This document shows positions 34,675-39,723 of a DNA stretch of 39,723 nucleotides, one piece after another. Every line of letters begins with the position of its first letter. Position 1 is the first letter of the stretch. The notes under the pieces were generated by a model. The model saw only the letters and a list, made by a program, of their open reading frames with translations, was not told the origin of the DNA and ran no database searches. The position numbers and the translations under genes were made by a program. Source of the DNA: Emiliania huxleyi CCMP1516 (taxonomy: Eukaryota); the NCBI RefSeq assembly GCF_000372725.1, contig NW_005201298.1, positions 21,936 through 61,658 of the forward strand, written 5' to 3'.

Positions 34675-35118
34675 GTTGGAAGGCGAACGGCACGATACGA
34701 AAAGGCAGGGCGAGGCGGATGGAGAAAGAAGTGCCGAGGAGCCCATGGTGGAGGGGAGGGACGGGAGGACGAAAGAAGGGCGAGGAGGACGAGCGGCCCG
34801 CACAGGCCGCGAGCAGACAGCGCCTGCTGGCCATTTCGAGACATTCGCAAAGAACGCTGGCTACATGGGAGGGCTTCGTGAAGGATGGATTGAAAAACAT
34901 TCGAACAAAGAAGAGGCGACGGGAGGAACCGGCAGAGGATGCAGTGACGTGAGACACACACACACACACACACACACACACCGCTCACCCACGCGCAACG
35001 GGCCTTGCACTTTGAATGCCGTGGGGCTCCTGTCGTTAGACGTAGAGACGCGAGGGTTGCCCCCCCTTGCCCCACCACCTCGTGTGTGTGGAGAAGTTTA
35101 CCTTACCTTACCTTACCT
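34675..35118 (+). mobile_element. 5'-truncated non-LTR retroelement with (TTACC)n tail and 10-bp TSD CATGCTAAAA
   Basis: TSD at 34665-34674 and 35119-35128. ORF end (stop 34952), (CA)n, then a 3' end shared with 4046-4190. Confidence 0.8.
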
Positions 35119-35179
35119 CATGCTAAAAAAGACCTAAGTGCTCGCCTCGTGGTCGTGCTTGGTGCACCAGCGGAACGCG

Positions 35180-36949
35180 ATGCAGCTGCTCCTGCCCGCG
35201 CCAATAGACGTGGCCGGATGCTCGCTCCTACAAAGTTTACTCAGCTCAGACGACGAAATGGCTGCGGCGCGAGCCCGATGCGAGCAGCGAGTTCCGACGC
35301 CCCGCGCGTTTGCGTCAACCTTCGAAACCGAAGGCAAATGCCCTCTCCAGTTTGGCGTCCGCGAAGGGCCTCCGCGGCACTTCACCGCGCGCTTTGCCGA
35401 GTACTGCAGCAGTAGCGCGCATGGTGGCTCGACGCTCGCTTGTCAAAGCCAGCTTCCTGGGCGCGTCGCTGACAATCCTGCCGTGATGTGCGACGGTCGC
35501 AACCTTCGCCTCGACCCATTTCGACCACTCGGCAACGAGACGCCTCCTGCGTTCTGGGCCGCGTGCAGATGGGGGCGCAACTTGATCGAGCTGAGCAAGG
35601 TGGCACCTTGGAGGCATGCGCATGTTCGGGCCATCGGAAGTGGTACGTCGTTCGGTCCGTTCGTGCTGAGAGAAGGGCCAGATCATCATGGCTGCCGCGA
35701 CCCAAACGCATACGAGCTCTGCAATGGGTCACTCACTGCTCGCGGCAACTTGGAGTACTCAAGCTCGCTTCATGTGGATGAGGACGCACACGAGGCATGC
35801 GGCGACGACGCGGACGTGATCAGCCATCCAGTCGTCTCCTTTCATCGCGGCAATAGCTTCAACCCTTTCCACGCGCACGAATCTTTCCTCGCCCTGTGGA
35901 CGACGTACCTGGCGCGCAACCTAGACCCTTGCGACACCGGCTTGTTGCTGCATGATGCTGAGGTTGAGGGCCACCTCTACGATTTCCTGCGTCGCGTCTT
36001 CGCTCCCGTGCACGGCATCTCCCGTTTGCCGGCGGCGCGCGCTCGCCCCGCCTGCTTTCGGCGGCTCGTATTCGCCGTTCAGCCCCGCCACAATTTCGAT
36101 GTTCCGTACGGCTCTCGCGACCGGCGAAGGGCACCGTGCGGGACGTCGTCCTGGCTCATTGGGTTCACACGATTCGTGCGGGCGAGCTTCGGCTTGGCGT
36201 TCCAACCACCAAAGGTGCCGAGGGTGACCTTCGCCGACCGCGTTCCCATCGGCTCGCAGCGCACCTCCCGATTCAGACGCATGACCAACCGCGACAGCTT
36301 TGTGCGAAAGCTCACCAGCGCTTGTGAAACGGCTTGGGAAGGCGCTGGCCGCACCAACGTGACTGCGGACACCATGCATGTGCCTAGTTGCGAACTGGCC
36401 ATCGCCAACTTTGCGGAGCTTCCGGTTGCGCGACAGCTCAAGCTCGTCACGCGAACCGATGTACTCGTTGGGACTCACGCAGCCTTCGTATACCTCCTCT
36501 ACCTCCCGCCGAGAGCAACCATCGTCGAGTTCGCATCTGCGAACGATTGGCATTACGATAACCTCGCACAGTACATGGGCATCAAGAAGGTGCGCTTCGT
36601 GCAAATGACGCACTTCAAATCATACAGGTTGAATGTTGAGCAGGCGTTGCACCACGTGAATGCAGCAGTGTCGGCCGCTTGGGCGGCCTTACGAGCACAG
36701 ACTGCGCACGAAGATGCACCGATACCATCTCTTCAGCCGCGTGGCATCGCCTGGCCCATCCCTGTCATCCAGGCGCCGCCCGCGCCAGCACATTCTGTCG
36801 CGGGCCCATTGCGCCCGAGGGTTAGGCGTCTAAGGCGTGGCCAGCCAACGAACCTCAGCCGCGAAGTGGCGAGGAGGACCACGGGCCCCGGCGGGGGGAA
36901 CCGAGCCTCGTTCACGTTGACAAAGTTGGACGTCTCCGCCGAGACGTAG
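35180..36949 (+). CDS. Glycosyltransferase family 61 (DUF563 / EOGT-like), intronless; start uncertain
   Basis: NPFHAHESF, ACFRRLVF, PRVTFADR...RRMTNRD, NFAELPVARQLKLVTRTDVLVGTHAAFVYLLYLPPRATIVEF, HYDNLAQYMG. Confidence 0.8.
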   Translation: MQLLLPAPIDVAGCSLLQSLLSSDDEMAAARARCEQRVPTPRAFASTFETEGKCPLQFGVREGPPRHFTARFAEYCSSSAHGGSTLACQSQLPGRVADNPAVMCDGRNLRLDPFRPLGNETPPAFWAACRWGRNLIELSKVAPWRHAHVRAIGSGTSFGPFVLREGPDHHGCRDPNAYELCNGSLTARGNLEYSSSLHVDEDAHEACGDDADVISHPVVSFHRGNSFNPFHAHESFLALWTTYLARNLDPCDTGLLLHDAEVEGHLYDFLRRVFAPVHGISRLPAARARPACFRRLVFAVQPRHNFDVPYGSRDRRRAPCGTSSWLIGFTRFVRASFGLAFQPPKVPRVTFADRVPIGSQRTSRFRRMTNRDSFVRKLTSACETAWEGAGRTNVTADTMHVPSCELAIANFAELPVARQLKLVTRTDVLVGTHAAFVYLLYLPPRATIVEFASANDWHYDNLAQYMGIKKVRFVQMTHFKSYRLNVEQALHHVNAAVSAAWAALRAQTAHEDAPIPSLQPRGIAWPIPVIQAPPAPAHSVAGPLRPRVRRLRRGQPTNLSREVARRTTGPGGGNRASFTLTKLDVSAET

Positions 36950-37676
36950 CCGGTGTAGTGCACGCACGGGTGGCCCTCCCATGCCGTCTCATTCTCGCTG
37001 CAGGCGCGGACCGGTGCTCCTCCACCTTGAAGACGGAGATGCCCCACGCCTGACTGGTCTGCTCGTCGGCGCTGCACGTGGACGTCGGCTCGAGCAGCGC
37101 GATATTCTTGTGGTCCCACGCGGGCGACACTAGCGCGTCCGCCTCGTTCTGGTCGCCCTCGATGGCGTTCGCCTTGTGGTACGGAAAGTCGGTGAACTTG
37201 ACCGCCGTTTGCGGGTAGTAGTTGAAGGAGATGTCGGCCACAAAATGCCCGGCCATGTCGCCCTCGGTCTCGCTCGCCTCGACGTCGCGCTCGTTCATGA
37301 CGACGTTGAGGCTCGAGCAGAAGCCGGACGTGGCGATGAGCCAGTTCGGATCTTCGACCACGTCGGGCACCATCGGGCCGGGCGCAGGGTTGGACGGTGC
37401 AAACAGTGGCCCGCGCTCGGTCTTGGTCGGGAGCGCCGTCACGTCGGGCACAACGGGCGCCGCGAGCACCATCCTGAGCTGCTCCTCCGTGGGGAGGCCA
37501 CCAAGAATTCTGGCCACGCGGCAAACATCATCGTTGGTAGCCTCGTCGGGCGTTGCGGGGAGTGGAACGTTTGGCCGCTCGCCGCTCGCATGCCGGGCGT
37601 TGAAGTCGTCGCATGCCGGCCCGTCGCCCAGCGCCACTGGCAAAAGTGCGAGTGCGGCGATCAGGACATATCGCAT
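36765..37676 (-). CDS. Secreted protein of unknown function with an apparent 1-nt frameshift near 37012
   Basis: Signal peptide MRYVLIAALALLPVALG. Coding-like sequence switches frame from ...SVFKVEEH to VRACSENETAWEGHPCVHYTGYVSAETSNF. The 3' exon is inferred from cctaac...cag. Confidence 0.55.
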
Positions 37677-38208
37677 GACTCTGAGGCCGCGGAGGAGTTG
37701 GGTCGTCGCCTGAGCACAACAGATGAGGCGCGGTGGTAGGGTGAGGGGGTGGCTGGCGAGGCAGGATGCGAGGGGGCGCGGCGCGAGGGACTGCTCGACC
37801 GGCCGTGGCCGCAGCCATCGGGGCGGCGGCGCGCATGCAGCGGCGTGGCGGCGGCGGGCGGGCGGGGGCGGGGGACGCGGGCGGGCGGCCGCTGCTCCGC
37901 GCCGTCGACCCACACCTGCGGAGCAGAGGCAGGAGCAGCAGGGTCAAGGTCAGCGCGGGCGACCGTCGGGCGGAGAGCTCCGGCAGACGTGCGCTGTATC
38001 TCGCGAGGCAAAAGGGCGGCGCGCGGCCAGGGCGAGAGTCCGTGTCTGGAGTGGTGCGCAGAGAGGCGGGCGGGCACAAGCTGGAGGAAAACCTTTTGTC
38101 GGTGTGACAGCCACTGTTTTACTCATAAAATCCGTCGGCCTAAAAGACGCCGCGGAAATAGGAATTTCGGCGTTCGCCGAAATTCCACACATGACTGTGA
38201 ACAATCCA

Positions 38209-38212
<4 letters not shown>

Positions 38213-38287
<75 letters not shown>

Positions 38288-38452
38288 CTTCTGATGCCAT
38301 GCGTGACCTAGTAGTGTCCCCAGCTATGGGCGTGTCCACGTTGGAGCCAGGTGTGGTGTGGACGCGAGAATAGCTCCGCCGTTCATGGAGGCAACCGATG
38401 CGAGTCGACTGGTGTGTGTCGTCGTGGTTTCGTATCAAGAATACTCACTCAC
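38213..38452 (-). mobile_element. 240-bp retroposon with (CA)n tail and 13-bp TSD AACAATCCACAGT
   Basis: TSD at 38200-38212 and 38453-38465; (GT)n at ~38211-38282 is the tail on the minus strand. Confidence 0.8.
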
Positions 38453-38627
38453 AACAATCCACAGTCTACTAAGAGCATAGCCGTCTACTTAGAAGCACCA
38501 AAAGGGCAAGGCATACCGGTGTGAACAAGTCTCCACCGACCCCCTCGTGCATTGGCCGTTGGTGCTTATCCGACGTCTCGGAGTAGCAACCTGGCCGCAG
38601 GAAATTGCATACGGTCTGTCTGGTCGA

Positions 38628-38855
38628 GTGCACGGAGCTAAGTGCCTCGCCGTCCTCGCGGGAGTCGCTTAGGCGGCTCCAGTGGTGTACTGTGTTAGTG
38701 CCAGTGCGCGCCAGTCCCGTGGCAGACGGTGAACGAGCTAGCGTGCGGGGACAGCGGCATTGTGCACGGAGCTAAGTGCATTGCCGTTCTTAACGGAGTC
38801 GCTTAGGCGGCTCCGGTGGTGAGCCGGTGATAGTACTAGCACGCGCCAGTTCGCA
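38628..38855. repeat. Two diverged direct repeats with ~134-bp period (gtgcacggagctaagtgc...ggagtcgcttaggcggctcc)
   Basis: Copies start at 38628 and 38762. Confidence 0.75.
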
Positions 38856-38979
38856 CCTGTGTCGAGCCTGTCTGCTGTGAGAGAGAGTTGTTTTGTTTAA
38901 ATTCTTTTTCCTTCCCGCTCTCTTGAGACAAGCGGTCAACAGCCGCTCCGCCGCTTCGCCGATCTCCCTCTCCCCTCCG

Positions 38980-39723
38980 ATGTCTTTCTCCCTCACCGGC
39001 GTCGACGACGAGGCAACGCAGCGCTGCTTCGCCCACATCCACGACCGCGTCCGCGCCACGCTCGTCCGCGGAGAGCCCGTCACCGTCGCGGGCGGCCGTC
39101 CCGTGCGGCGAACGCTCAAGCTGCTGCGGGCGCTCGCGCGGGGGCACTGGATCGTCGGCGAGGAGTACGTCGCCGCGTGCGCGCGGAATCGCGGCGTCGC
39201 CGTCGACCCCGCCCCCTTCGAGGAGGGGATGCTCCCGCACGTCCCGGGCGCGCAACTCTCACGGCTGAGCGGAGGCGGCCGCGCGCTTGCGGGGCTCACC
39301 GTGACGCTGCGAGGCGCGACGGTGATGCCGCATGCCGACCTGTGCTCCCTCTGCTGCGAGGCGGGTGCGCGCGTCCAGTACGGACGCCCCATCTCCGACG
39401 CGGGCGCCGTCGAGGTATATGCCCTCTCCCTCCCGCCTCCCCTCCATCTCTCTCCCTCCCCGACTCTCTTCTCCACTCCCTCGGCCTCGGCCTCCGCCCC
39501 TCTCCTCCCTCCCGCGCCCCCTCCCAAGCCGGCCACGCCAGTCTCGGGGCCCTCCTCCGAAGCGTCGCTCGGAGCCTTCCCGCAGGTGCACCGCAATCAG
39601 CCGCGCGCCCGCCTTGCCGAGGCGGCCGTCTCTCGCCTCCACCGGCGCGGGACACGTCCACGACACGGCCGCGACACCCCACATAGGCGGATGAGCAGTG
39701 GCTCCTCGCCACCATCACCTCCG
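38980..39723 (+). CDS. Tandem BRCT-domain protein, multi-exon, continues beyond the window (not in the supplied ORF track)
   Basis: Exon 38980-39414 reads MSFSLTGVDD...RRTLKLLRALARGHWIVGEEYVAAC...ALAGLTVTL...DLCSLCCEAGARV. The last visible exon, ADEQWLLATIT, supplies the second BRCT Trp. Confidence 0.8.
   Translation, partial: MSFSLTGVDDEATQRCFAHIHDRVRATLVRGEPVTVAGGRPVRRTLKLLRALARGHWIVGEEYVAACARNRGVAVDPAPFEEGMLPHVPGAQLSRLSGGGRALAGLTVTLRGATVMPHADLCSLCCEAGARVQYGRPISDAGAVEVYALSLPPPLHLSPSPTLFSTPSASASAPLLPPAPPPKPATPVSGPSSEASLGAFPQVHRNQPRARLAEAAVSRLHRRGTRPRHGRDTPHRRMSSGSSPPSPP

Overview
This is eukaryotic, very GC-rich, intron-containing DNA with many GC-AG introns, 10-11-bp tandem repeats and microsatellites. 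The overall style suggests a haptophyte such as Emiliania/Gephyrocapsa huxleyi (inference only). There is an assembly gap at 33800-34363. Recognisable genes are a parallel beta-helix protein, a multi-pass membrane protein head-to-head with an R-S-E type ADP-ribosyltransferase, a multi-TM TIR-domain receptor-like protein, an anoctamin/TMEM16 with an apparent frameshifting deletion, a 4-TM protein, GUCD1, a GT61 glycosyltransferase, a frameshifted secreted protein and a tandem-BRCT protein. Orphan fragments include Kelch repeats and a CAF1 5' end. These are interspersed with retroelement remnants (two with clear TSDs), a 128-bp direct-repeat-bounded element, a TIR element and a tRNA-like Pol III box. 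The most striking signal concerns the introns. Several are flanked by exact 11-39-bp duplications of exon or splice-junction sequence, mostly with a filler of 10-11-bp repeats between the copies. In three cases the duplicated AG|GC or AG|GT supplies both donor and acceptor, so splicing restores the protein exactly. This looks like an ongoing duplication-plus-repeat-filler mechanism of intron creation, which would also explain the GC donors. All exon structures were inferred by eye, without transcript data.
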